A stretch of DNA of 64,000 nt. It comes from Alphaproteobacteria bacterium (GTDB taxonomy: Bacteria; Pseudomonadota; Alphaproteobacteria; Bin95). A model generated the notes under the pieces. The model saw only the letters and a program-made list of their open reading frames with translations. It was not told where the DNA came from and did not search any database. A program made the translations under genes and the position numbers. The stretch lies in NCBI GenBank assembly GCA_965205265.1, contig CBDBGH010000003.1, forward strand, positions 576,001 to 640,000. Reading direction: 5' to 3'. Positions 10,102 to 22,165 of this stretch are shown here, one piece after another (the first letter of the stretch is position 1; each line of letters begins with the position of its first letter).

Positions 10102-10599
10102 ATGTGTACGAGACAATTCGACATAAAGGGTCTGATCGGCGTTGTTGTCGTACTGGGCGTTTCGGCAATGCTGGCCGGCCCCGCGTCGGCGCAGACCTCC
10201 TCTGTCCAGGCCCGGACGGGAAATCTCCACGAAGACTGCAACCAGTTCGTCCTGAATGTGGGTACATCGAAGGTCGATCTGAAGGCGAACTGCAGGACCA
10301 GCGACGACAACGACAACAGGAAGGGAACCCGAATCAACCTCTCCTCCAACATCGAAAATAACTTCGGCCGCCTGAGTTGGGATGGGAGCGACTTCCAAAA
10401 ATCCTGCTCCCTTATCAAAGTCGCGCGCCATTCCAACGGAGTGAAACTGACAGCTACATGCAAAACCGGGGAACGCGAGTTGGTGCCGGCTGAATACCCG
10501 AACAGGGGCGTCACGTCGGTAGACGTCACAAATAAGGCATCGCTGGAGTTGAACACCTACTACCGCGTGAACTCGAGCGGCGCGCTTGAGGTCAGATAG
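10102..10599 (+). CDS. Secreted cyanovirin-N homology (CVNH) protein
   Basis: Signal peptide ending ASA; 4 Cys; INLSSNIENNFGRLSWDGSDFQKSC parallels cyanovirin-N IDLNSVIENVDGSLKWQPSNFIETC. Confidence 0.8.
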   Translation: MCTRQFDIKGLIGVVVVLGVSAMLAGPASAQTSSVQARTGNLHEDCNQFVLNVGTSKVDLKANCRTSDDNDNRKGTRINLSSNIENNFGRLSWDGSDFQKSCSLIKVARHSNGVKLTATCKTGERELVPAEYPNRGVTSVDVTNKASLELNTYYRVNSSGALEVR

Positions 10600-10722
10600 G
10601 CCCGCCCGGCGACGACCCCGGCCAACCCGTCGGATTTGACGACCGCGCATGCCCTGTTGCTCACATGGCAACGGTGACACTCAAATCACAAGCTCAGCCG
10701 GAAGGTGTGCGGCGGTTCGCAT

Positions 10723-10885
10723 TAAGGTCCGGGAGGCCGTCAAGACCGCCGCGCGCCGCTTCGCCGACCTGGGCAGTCGCTTCGCTTTGTGCCTGAGTTG
10801 GAAGCCCGCCTACCCCAAGGCTGTCGCCTCCCCGCGCAACGATCTCGACGACCTGCTCACCTGCTTCCACTACAAGACCCTTACC
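10723..10885 (+). pseudogene. IS256-like transposase fragment
   Basis: ARRFAD...YPKAVAS.RNDLDDLLTCFHYK resembles the IS256 YPKAV.CL..D...LL.F motif; boundaries approximate. Confidence 0.55.
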
Positions 10886-10993
10886 GGCCCCTGCACGGCT
10901 GCGCCATCGTTGGCACGCGCATACTGCGCAGTCCGCCGGCGCGGGACTATCGCCCCTGTAGCCCTCACCAAAGGAACATGATAGGGTTCGAAC

Positions 10994-11215
10994 ATGACCA
11001 AGGCACTGCATAAACTGGGTTCCACTGCGACGGCCGCCGTGAACGGCCGGCTCGCGGAAGCCGCGCACTTGCAGGCGATCGAGGGCAATCCGCTGACAGC
11101 GGAGGAGATCGCCATGTTCGAGATGTTCGAGCGCGAGGGATGGCCACCCGAGCGGCGCCGCGCCCATATCCTGAGCCGGATCAAGGACCGCGGCCGCACC
11201 GCCGCGGCGGAATGA
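10994..11215 (+). CDS. Small antitoxin of a Fic toxin (VbhA/FicA-like)
   Basis: 73 aa; LQAIEGN resembles the inhibitory (S/T)xxxE(G/N) motif; ATGA overlap with the fic gene. Confidence 0.75.
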   Translation: MTKALHKLGSTATAAVNGRLAEAAHLQAIEGNPLTAEEIAMFEMFEREGWPPERRRAHILSRIKDRGRTAAAE

Positions 11216-11778
11216 GCGACCGCGACTACTGCTATCCGCCCGACTACACCGTTCTCCGCAACCTGCTGGACATCCGGGACGCCCCGGCGCTGGAAGCGGC
11301 CGAGCGCGAGTTGGTCGCCCAGCGCCTTCTTGAGACCGTGCCGGCGGGCGACTTCGATCTTGCCCACCTGAAGGCGATCCACCGCCATCTGTTCCAGGAC
11401 GTCTACGCCTGGGCGGGCGAGGTCCGCACAGTCGAGTTCGCCAAGGACGGGAGCCGATTCCAGCCGAGGCGGTTCATCGAGACCGGCATGGCGGACATCC
11501 ACCGCCGCATTGTGGCGGCCGGGTATTTCGCGGGGCTGGGGCCGGACGGGTTCGCCGGGGGTGCCGGCCCGGTGCTGGGCGACGTCAACCATGTCCACCC
11601 GTTCCGCGAGGGCAATGGGCGCACGCAGCTCCAGTATCTGAAGCAACTCGCCGCGCGCGCCGGGCATGTCCTCGACCTGACCCTGCTCGACCGCGCCGCC
11701 TGGCTGGACGCCTCGCGGCGGTCCAATACGGGCGATCATGCCGCCATGACCCGCTGCATCCGCTACGCGCTGATATAG
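11212..11778 (+). CDS. Fic-domain protein (FicT-like toxin)
   Basis: Y.YP...VLRN, IHRHLFQDVY.WAGE.R, canonical HPFREGNGRTQ. Confidence 0.92.
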   Translation: MSDRDYCYPPDYTVLRNLLDIRDAPALEAAERELVAQRLLETVPAGDFDLAHLKAIHRHLFQDVYAWAGEVRTVEFAKDGSRFQPRRFIETGMADIHRRIVAAGYFAGLGPDGFAGGAGPVLGDVNHVHPFREGNGRTQLQYLKQLAARAGHVLDLTLLDRAAWLDASRRSNTGDHAAMTRCIRYALI

Positions 11779-11995
11779 CCGACCGCGCTTTCATCCGCCG
11801 CCGTTGACGCTCACAGCACCCGACCGCCTCGCCTCCACCCGTGTTGCCGTCTCGTTGTCCTTGAGTGATCTCGCCGCCCGTCCGCTTCCCGCCGTCAAGA
11901 GGAGAGGTTTGGCCGTGAACGGGGCGGCGGTCGGGGCGTCCGTGGGAGGGTGTCCGGCTGCCGCTCATCATCACCGACAGGATGGAGACGGCACC

Positions 11996-12103
11996 ATGAC
12001 GGCAGCGATGGCAATACCCGGCAACACGGCGGAGACGTTCCTGGTTCATTTCTTCGGCACCGGCCTGGCCGACGACCGCTATGTGGTCGAACGCTACCGG
12101 GCC
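11996..12103 (+). pseudogene. 5' fragment of an unknown gene truncated by IS66-B
   Basis: GGAG RBS and ATG; 36 open codons ending exactly at the IS66-B left end. Confidence 0.45.
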
Positions 12104-12192
12104 GTAAGCGATGGAGTGGACGCCCCTCCCGACGGCATCGCAATGTGCCAGGTTGACGGTGTTGTAAACGCCAAGAGAGGAAAGGGGCGTCC

Positions 12193-13215
12193 ATGGAACA
12201 GGTTAGCATGATCGGGATCGATCTCGCGAAGAACAGCTTTCAGCTTCACGGTGCGCGACCCGAAGGATCGGTCGCGTTCCGGAAGAAGCTGAGCCGGGGT
12301 AAGGTGCTGGGGTTTCTGGCCTCGCAGCAGCCCTGCACAGTTGCGATGGAAGCCTGCGGCGGCGCGCATCATTGGGGTCGTGAGATTGGGCGTCTGGGCC
12401 ATGCGGTGCGGTTGGTTCCGCCGGCCTACGTGAAGGCCTACGTCAAGCGACAGAAGAACGATGCGGCGGATGCGGAGGCGATCTGCGAGGCGGCATCGCG
12501 TCCGACGATGAGTTTTGTGGCGGTGAAGACGGTCGAGCAGCAGGCCCGTGGCATGCTGTTCCGCACGCGCGATCTGCTGGTGCGCCAGCGGACCCAGACG
12601 ATCAACGCGCTTCGCGGCCACCTGGCGGAGTTCGGTGTCATTGCTCCCCAGGGCCCGGTTCATGTCGAGCGTCTGGCGTCGGCGCTTGAAGACCCGGACC
12701 TGGATCTGCCGGATGCGGTCCGCGAGCTGGCCGGCCTTCTGTTGAACCAGATTGGCGGGCTTGGCGAGAAGATCGATGGCCTTGACGGGGAAATCCGGGC
12801 GGCGGCTCGGCAGGACGACGAGGTACGTCGTCTGATGACGGTGCCGGGGATCGGCCCGATCACTGCGATGGCGGTTCAGGCCTTCGCGCCGCCGATGGAG
12901 ACCTTCCGGCGCGGACGGGACTTCGCCGCCTGGCTCGGCCTGGTGCCGCGCCAGCACACGACCGGCGGCAAGCCGCGGCTGGGCAAGATATCGAAGATGG
13001 GCCAACGCGATCTGAGACGGCTGCTGATTACAGGCGCCATGGCGGTCGTTCGCTGGGCGGCTCGGCGCGGCAGGACGAACGATCCATGGCTTGCCAGGAT
13101 GCTGGCGCGCAAGCCGCGTATGCTGGTCGCCGTGGCGCTGGCCAACCGGATGGCGCGCATCGTCTGGGCGCTGATGATGAAGAAGGAGAGTTACCGGGCT
13201 CCCGCCGCCGCCTGA
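12193..13215 (+). CDS. IS110-family DEDD recombinase/transposase
   Basis: GIDLAK, MEAC, KNDAADAEAI, VPGIGP, LGLVPRQHTTGGK. Confidence 0.95.
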   Translation: MEQVSMIGIDLAKNSFQLHGARPEGSVAFRKKLSRGKVLGFLASQQPCTVAMEACGGAHHWGREIGRLGHAVRLVPPAYVKAYVKRQKNDAADAEAICEAASRPTMSFVAVKTVEQQARGMLFRTRDLLVRQRTQTINALRGHLAEFGVIAPQGPVHVERLASALEDPDLDLPDAVRELAGLLLNQIGGLGEKIDGLDGEIRAAARQDDEVRRLMTVPGIGPITAMAVQAFAPPMETFRRGRDFAAWLGLVPRQHTTGGKPRLGKISKMGQRDLRRLLITGAMAVVRWAARRGRTNDPWLARMLARKPRMLVAVALANRMARIVWALMMKKESYRAPAAA

Positions 13216-13467
13216 CAGGGCGGCCGGACGGGTAGCTGTCGGGGACGCGGGCAGGTCTGAGGAAAGGCAAGGGCAAACGGTCAATCGAGACGGGATCGGG
13301 AAAACCAGTTCAGCTCCGCAGGGCCGTTGAGCTCGCGTAAGCGATTTGGACCCGGTCCGCGCATCTCCATGAGGGCCCGCGGCGCGTGACCTGCCGCATT
13401 GAGAGGCCGGACACACGACAGCGCCTGACCGCGCGCCGAGCCGCCCGAAGAAAATGCTTGCGTCACC
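13216..13467 (+). ncRNA. Putative bridge RNA/seekRNA locus of the IS1111 element
   Basis: Non-coding end contains CGTAAGCG (target left half), CTCCAT and ACACACGA (donor-junction halves) among hairpins; transcript boundaries unknown. Confidence 0.65.
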
Positions 13468-13550
13468 AGGGGCGTCCACACACGGGGCGAGCGGGGCACC
13501 TTCCAGGTTCGGTTCTGATTTGAGATTCACGCCTGCGAGTTGGGCAGGAG

Positions 13551-13955
13551 GTGAGTTTCACATTGTTGGGCTCAGTTGAGACACACAGGACGGTTGAAGT
13601 GCTTCCGGCGCGTGGCGGACGTCGTCGCTGGCCGGACGAAGTGAAGGCTCGGATTGTAGCGGAGACGCTGGAGCCTGGGGCGACGGTGCGCGCCGTTGCG
13701 CGGCGATACGATGTTCATTCGAACCAGCTGACGAGCTGGCGGCGTCTGGCGCGGGATGGGCGTCTTGTTTTGCCTGCGGCGGAAGCGGGCGTGGAGTTTG
13801 CGCCGCTTGTGGTGCGGGCTGAAGGGCGCGGCGGTGCCGAGGTGAGCGGCGCGCGTGTGGAAGTGGTCCTGGACCGGGTTACGGTCCGTCTGGACGCGGC
13901 GGTGCCGGCGGTCCGGCTGGCGGAGATCGTCTCTGCGCTGAACGCGTCGTCATGA
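13551..13955 (+). CDS. tnpA: IS66-B TnpA
   Basis: Paralogous to 6356-6745. Confidence 0.85.
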   Translation: MSFTLLGSVETHRTVEVLPARGGRRRWPDEVKARIVAETLEPGATVRAVARRYDVHSNQLTSWRRLARDGRLVLPAAEAGVEFAPLVVRAEGRGGAEVSGARVEVVLDRVTVRLDAAVPAVRLAEIVSALNASS

Positions 13956-14305
13956 TCTTCCCCTCGAACCGGGTGCGGATCATGGTCGCGACGAAGCCCG
14001 TCGACTTCAGGAAGCAGCACGACGGTCTTGTGGCCTATGTGAAGAGCGCGCTGCGCCGTGACCCGTTCACGGGCACGGTGTTCGTGTTCCGGGCGAAGCG
14101 CAGCGACAGGCTGAAGCTGATCTACTGGGACGGGACCGGCCTGGTCATGGTCTACAAGCGCCTGGAGGAGCAAGGCTTTGTGTGGCCGGCGATCCGGGAC
14201 GGGGCGATGACGTTGAACCATGCGCAGTTCGAGGCCTTGTTCGCGGGCCTGGACTGGCGTCGCGTGCGGGCGCTGTCGGTCAGGGCGCCGGCCGAGGCGG
14301 AATGA
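13952..14305 (+). CDS. tnpB: IS66-B TnpB
   Basis: Paralogous to 6742-7095. Confidence 0.92.
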   Translation: MIFPSNRVRIMVATKPVDFRKQHDGLVAYVKSALRRDPFTGTVFVFRAKRSDRLKLIYWDGTGLVMVYKRLEEQGFVWPAIRDGAMTLNHAQFEALFAGLDWRRVRALSVRAPAEAE

Positions 14306-14360
14306 CTCACCGCACGGATCGCGGCCTGCGGCTCCGCGACACTGTGCTATCGGGTGAGCC

Positions 14361-15009
14361 ATGGCTGCGCTTGCGGAGATGGACCTCGACACGCTGACGC
14401 CCGAACAGGCGGCGGCCGCGAGGCAGGCGCTTGCGGCGCTGGAGACGCTGCGTGCCGAGAACGAGACGCTGGCGGAAGAGAAGGCCTGTCTGGCGGGTGA
14501 GAACGAGGCGCAGGCCGAACGCATCCGCCGTCTGGAACATCTGAACCTGGAACTGATCCGGCTTCTGTATGGCAAGAGGTCGGAGAAGCTGTCGGCGGAC
14601 GAACGCCAGCTGGCGTTCGAGGAGCTTGAGGGCGCGTCTGCGGAGGTGGAGGCCGCGGCGCCGCCGGAAGACCCGTCGCCGGCGCGCTCGGCGAAGCGGC
14701 CTCGTCCGGCGCGCAATCTCGGCCATTTGCCGGAACACCTGCCCCGGATCGAGCAGGTGATCGAGCCGGAGAGCACGCTCTGCCCCTGCGGCTGCGGGGA
14801 GATGGTGCGGATCGGGGAAGATCGCGCCGAGAGGCTCGACATCGTGCCGGCGCAGTTGCGGGTGATCGTCACCGTGCGCCCGAAATACGCCTGCCGGACC
14901 TGCGAGGGAGGCGTCACCCAGGCGCCGGCGCCGGCCCGGCTGATCGAGGGCGCGCTGCCGACTGAAGGCGCCATCGCCCATGTTCTGATCTCGAAATACG
15001 CTGACCACA
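14361..15009 (+). pseudogene. tnpC: IS66-B tnpC exon 1
   Basis: Ends at KYADH; joins 19668 in frame to give DHTPLYRQ. Confidence 0.88.
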
Positions 15010-15714
15010 GTGTGTCCTGAAGCACCGCCATGAAAGGAGGTGCGCAACTGCAAGAGAGATGAGGGTAGGCCCCTCGGGGTCGACGATCAGGCGTCGGTCT
15101 CAAACCACCACGAGCTGCTGTCGTAAAGAGCGATGGTGGTGAGCGTCGTGGAAACGGCGGGACGACGATCTCGTCAGGTGAGGTCCGGGGAGACGAGCGA
15201 AAGCGAACCGCCGATGAACTGCCGAAAGCGTATGGTCGATGTCAGAACCGGGGGTGGTGGTCACTCCGGGATAAGCATGGGCGGAGTCCTGGAGTCCGGC
15301 CCACGCGGCATCCGGCTCGAAGGCGGCGTGAACCCGGAACAGGCTTTCTTGCGGAACAGGAGAACCTGTCGTCCCGATGCCAAGGGAGACGGCCAACCGG
15401 GCAGCCCCCGGAAGGCTCAGAGTACCGATGCGGGGCACAGGGGCAGAACAGCCTATAGCGCGACAATCTGGGTGAGAGCCGCGCGTCAATCAGGATGAGA
15501 TTCCCCGGCGGCATCGGCGAGTTGATGATTGTCGCGCGGGGCGCGGATTGCAAGCGGTTTCGGATTTTGATTGTCGCGGCGCGACAAACAAGGTTTTCGG
15601 AGAGCGTTTTGATTGTCGCGGGGGGGCCGTCGGGTCGGAGAAGAGACGGCCCGCGGAGGCGATTCCCGCGGGCCGTGAGTGTTGTGGCCGCTGGGCCGAT
15701 CTGGCGGCAGCGGT

Positions 15715-18062
<2,348 letters not shown>

Positions 18063-18344
18063 CTACTCGGAAAAACGTCACCGTTCGCCCAGCCGACCGA
18101 CCCCGCCAGAAGGTCCAGGAAAAATTTTTTGAGGCGGCGGCCCGGAACTCCGGTCGGGCTACGCCCTCCCTCCGTTCCGGGCCGCCGCCTTCCCCCGTCT
18201 CATCCTGATTGTCGCCAGCGTCTCAAGCTGATTGTCGCGCCGCAACAGCCCGTAGTAGGGATGAAGGCGCTGTAATGGCGCTGGACCGAAGGGGCTGTGG
18301 TGTTCAGCCGCTGCCGTCGGCCAACTGGTGACAGGAGGAGCCGG

Positions 18345-19604
18345 ATGACAGGGGCAAAGCCGTTCCCGATAGCAAAGAGGGAAGTCTGGGAAGCCTTCAA
18401 GCATGTGAAGGCAAACCGGGGAGCGGCTGGAGTAGATGGGCAGACGGTCGAGAGTCTGGAGGAACGGCTTGGTCCGGAACTCTACAAGCTCTGGAATCGC
18501 ATGTCCTCAGGCAGCTATATGCCGCCTCCGGTTCGCAGGGTGAACATCCCCAAGGAGGGCGGCGGGAAGCGCCCGTTGGGCATACCGACGGTCACGGACC
18601 GCATCGCTCAGGAGGTTGTTCGCCGACATCTGGAGCCCTTGTTGGAACCGATTTTCCATGAGGACTCATACGGATATCGGCCGAAGCGATCCGCCATTGA
18701 CGCCATCCGGACAGCGCGTCGGCGATGCTGGCGCTACGACTGGGTGCTGGACATGGACATCAAGGGGTTCTTCGACAACATCGACCACGAGTTGCTGCTG
18801 AAGGCCGTTCGTCACCATACGGACTGCCGGTGGGTGCTGCTCTATGTCGAGCGCTGGTTGAAGGCTCCCGTGATCGAGGAGGACGGCACCGTTGTCGCAC
18901 GGGACAGGGGCACGCCACAGGGCGGGGTAATTTCGCCAGTATTGTCCAACCTGTTCCTGCACTATGCGTTCGATCAATGGATGAAAAGGTCGATGCCGCA
19001 TGTTCCGTTCGAACGGTATGCGGACGATATAATCTGCCATTGTCGAACGGAGGAGGCGGCAAAGACCCTCTGGCGGCGGGTTGCGGACCGATTGGCCGAG
19101 TGCGGCCTGGAGGTCCATCCGCAGAAGACCAAGGTGGTCTACTGCAAGGATACCAACCGCAAGGCGGACTACCCGACGGTCGCGTTCGACTTCCTGGGCT
19201 ACCGTTTCCAGCCAAGGTTCGCGGCGTGGCGCGGCGGGTTGTTCGGGGTCTCGTTCCTTCCGGCTGCCAGCCCGACTGCGCTCAAGGCGTTTCGGCGCCG
19301 CGTGCGACAGTGGCGTTTGCAACGGCGTAGCGACAAGGCGCTGCTTGACCTTGCCCGCATGTTTCATCGCGAAATTGCAGGGTGGATCGGCTACTTCGGC
19401 GCATTCTACAAGTCGGCGCTCTATCCGACCCTTCGTCTGATAGACGCCCACTTGCAGCGATGGGCAATGCGGAAGTTCAAACGCTTCCGACAACGACCGC
19501 GTCAGGCTCGTCTCTGGCTTGCCAGAATCGCGAAAGCGGAGCCGTGGCGGTTCGCCCATTGGACCCTTTTGCACGGGCAGGGCCGGACGCTGGGAGCCGT
19601 ATGA
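18345..19604 (+). CDS. ltrA: Group II intron reverse transcriptase/maturase (no endonuclease domain)
   Basis: GAAGVDG, RPLGIPTV.DRIAQ, GTPQGG, RYADD, FDFLGY; AGGAGG RBS before ATG 18345. Confidence 0.95.
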   Translation: MTGAKPFPIAKREVWEAFKHVKANRGAAGVDGQTVESLEERLGPELYKLWNRMSSGSYMPPPVRRVNIPKEGGGKRPLGIPTVTDRIAQEVVRRHLEPLLEPIFHEDSYGYRPKRSAIDAIRTARRRCWRYDWVLDMDIKGFFDNIDHELLLKAVRHHTDCRWVLLYVERWLKAPVIEEDGTVVARDRGTPQGGVISPVLSNLFLHYAFDQWMKRSMPHVPFERYADDIICHCRTEEAAKTLWRRVADRLAECGLEVHPQKTKVVYCKDTNRKADYPTVAFDFLGYRFQPRFAAWRGGLFGVSFLPAASPTALKAFRRRVRQWRLQRRSDKALLDLARMFHREIAGWIGYFGAFYKSALYPTLRLIDAHLQRWAMRKFKRFRQRPRQARLWLARIAKAEPWRFAHWTLLHGQGRTLGAV

Positions 19605-19667
19605 GCTGAGAGGTTCACGTACGGTTCTGGGAGCGCGTGGGGGTGAGATTCCCCCGCGCGACTCGCT

Positions 19668-20660
19668 CCCCGCTCTATCGTCAGAGCCGGATCTACGCCC
19701 GCTCGGGGCTGGAGCTGGACCGCTCGATCCTAGCCGGCTGGGTCGGCAAGGCGGCGTTCCACCTCGGGCCCGTGTATGACCGCCTGAAGGCGGCGCTGAA
19801 GACGTCGAACAATCTGGGTCTGGACGAGACCACGGTTCGGGTTCTCGACCCGGGCCGGGGCAAGACGAAGACCGGCTATCTGTGGACGATGGCGCGCGAC
19901 CAGCGGGCCTGGTCCGGGGCGGACCCGCCGGGCGTGGCGTATGAGTATGCGCCCGGGCGTAGCGGCAAGCATGGCGAGAGGCTTCTCGAGGGCTTCAGGG
20001 GAACGGTGCAGATCGACGGCTACTCCGGCCACAACCGACTGGCTCGGCCGAACCGGGCGGGCGGGGCGCTGACGCGGGCTGCCTGTTGGGTCCATGCCAG
20101 GCGGGGCCTCGAGACGGTGTTCGACAGCAATGGCTCGCCGATCGCGAAGGCCGGACTGGACCGCATCGCGCAGCTCTATGCCATCGAGAAGAAGATCCGG
20201 GGTAAGCCGCCGGCGACGCGCCAGTTCGTCCGCTGGACCGAGACCGCGCCGCTGGTGAATGCCTTCGGCCTGTGGCTCGCCGAGCAGCGCTCGCTCGTCT
20301 CGCTCAAGTCCCGGCTCGGCGAGAAGCTGTCCTATATCGCCAACCAGTGGGACGGGCTGCTGGTCTTCCTGCGCGACGGGCGCGTCGAGATGGACAGCAA
20401 CTTCGTCGAAAATCGCATCCGGCCGATCAAGCTCACCGCGAAAAACGCACTGTTCGCCGGCCACGACGAGGGCGCGCGCGCATGGGGCCGCATCGCCAGC
20501 CTCATCGAGACCTGCAAGATGAACGGCGTTGAGCCCTACGCCTGGCTCAAGGACACGCTGGAGAAAATCGCCGGAGCCTGCCCCTGCGAAGGCGGGGGGC
20601 CACCCCAACAGCCGCATCGACGACCTACTTCCCTGGAACTTCATCCCGCCGTCAAGCTGA
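19668..20660 (+). pseudogene. tnpC: IS66-B tnpC exon 2, frameshifted near the C-terminus
   Basis: LDET, QIDGY, CWVHARR; 22 extra nt within 20573-20600 shift the HPN..DDLLPWNF tail out of frame. Confidence 0.85.
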
Positions 20661-20697
20661 AAGCCGGGTGCCCTTCGCGCACCGCTTACATACCACG

Positions 20698-21000
20698 GGA
20701 AACCCCGGACCCGTCGTCATGCGCCACGGCCTCTGTCAGGTCCGCGTCGTTCAACGCGGATACCGCATCAATCGGGATGTGTACTTCTATGCGCCCGGGC
20801 GCGGCGGCGAACATGCCGAAAAGTTCCCGAAGGGCTTCGACGGCATCCTCCAGGTCTTCCTGGCCGACGGGCGCGTCGAGATGGACAGCAACAGTGTCGA
20901 GAATCTCCCCGGACCGACTGCCCTGAATCGTAAAAGCGCATTGTTCGCCGGTCACGACGAAGGCGCCGTCGCATGGGCACGCATCGCCGCCCCCACCGGA
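20698..21000 (+). pseudogene. IS4 transposase tail fused to an internally deleted IS66 tnpC fragment
   Basis: PGPVVMRHG...GYRI, then YFYAPGRGGEHAE..GFDGILQV joined directly to FLADGRVEMDSN; end approximate. Confidence 0.65.
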
Positions 21001-21775
21001 TCGCAGTGCCGCGAATCACGTCATGCGCCGACGCGCCAGGAGTTTTTCAGCGGCCTGCTGGTGTTCTGGGCTTCGGCATCACCACTCCCGCGATTCCTCG
21101 TCGAATACCGAGGTCGGCAGGGAGAAGGAGTGCTCGAACTGGCCGAGATCGGCGACAGCGAACATCTGCGAAAATCTGGCCCTGGACCTTCGCGCGGCCA
21201 GACGGGGAGCAGCCCTCCGGAGCATCTGGTCCCCGAAATTTCTCAACCGCAGGAACGGCAGTTCCCTGATCAGCCTGGAAGGAGGATACCTCAACCGGTC
21301 CGCCAGATCGTTGCCGATCAGTTCGCGGGACACCTGGTACATATAGGCGGCCATAGACCGGCGCGCCCCGGCCTCCGTTATTCCCAGAACGATCGGCGCG
21401 CTGTTGACGATACTGTTGGCCATGATCATCGAGTCTTCGTCGGGGGGAGGTTCGCACAAGGCCCCGATCTCGAATATGCGGGCCGACGAGGCGAAATCCC
21501 GGAACATGATCTCCTCGGGCACGCCCATGAGCGACCCCGCATATCTCCAGACATGCACATAGCCCTCCCGCTCTTCCGCGCTGAAATCGCCTCCGAGGTT
21601 CCCTACATGCTGCATAAGCCGCCCGGAAAAGGCCGCTGCGCCCAGCAGCATGTGCGCCGTGCTGAGCGGCAGTCCGTACTCCGACTCGTCGTAAGCGATG
21701 CGGCAGGGGCACCTTCCGCTCGGTCTCGGGATTTGAGACTCCGCTACGTTCGGGAGGACGTAGAGGAGTTTCTCC

Positions 21776-22165
21776 ATGGAGCGCACTGCGGAGTTTCTCA
21801 GCCCGGTCGAGGTGATCGGTGGAGTGAAGGGTCGCCGTCGCTGGCCGGAAGAGTTGAAGGCGCGGATTGTAGCGGAGACGCTTGAGCCTGGCGCGAGGGT
21901 GGCCTCGGTAGCACGGCGTTACGATCTTCGCCCAAGCCATCTGTCGGACTGGCGTCGCAAGGCGCGGGAGGGTCGCCTGGTTTTGCCTGCAGCGGACGAG
22001 GCAGTGGAGTTTGCGCCGCTGGTGGTCCGGGCTGAAGGGCACGGCGCCGAGGCGAACGGTGGGTGTCTGGAAGTGGTTCTGGACCGGGTTACGGTCCGTC
22101 TGGATGCGGCGGTGCCGGCGGGCCGGCTGGCGGAGATCGTGTCTGCGCTGAATGCGCTGTCATGA
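21776..22165 (+). CDS. tnpA: IS66 TnpA
   Basis: Identical protein to 6356-6745. Confidence 0.9.
   Translation: MERTAEFLSPVEVIGGVKGRRRWPEELKARIVAETLEPGARVASVARRYDLRPSHLSDWRRKAREGRLVLPAADEAVEFAPLVVRAEGHGAEANGGCLEVVLDRVTVRLDAAVPAGRLAEIVSALNALS

Larger units (their letters stand above)
12111..13484 (+). mobile_element. IS110-family element, IS1111 group
   Basis: 12-bp subterminal IRs GTGGACGCCCCT (12116-12127) and AGGGGCGTCCAC (13468-13479); CG core at both junctions; long 3' non-coding end. Confidence 0.9.

Noticed and set aside
13390-13399. CCTGCCGCAT, a 10-nt reverse complement of the IS66-A left TIR inside the IS1111 non-coding region
   Set aside because: It overlaps a GCGGC/GCCGC stem between the donor-matching segments, so it is more likely structural than a guide; not fully excluded
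15460-15625. Spaced GATTGTCGCG repeats as a possible CRISPR or iteron array
   Set aside because: Short and irregularly spaced; they are the multiple terminal repeats typical of IS21 ends, and no cas genes are present
18345-19604. RT as a retron, DGR or defence RT
   Set aside because: It has group II intron domains V/VI, a GTGTG 5' end and restorable exons
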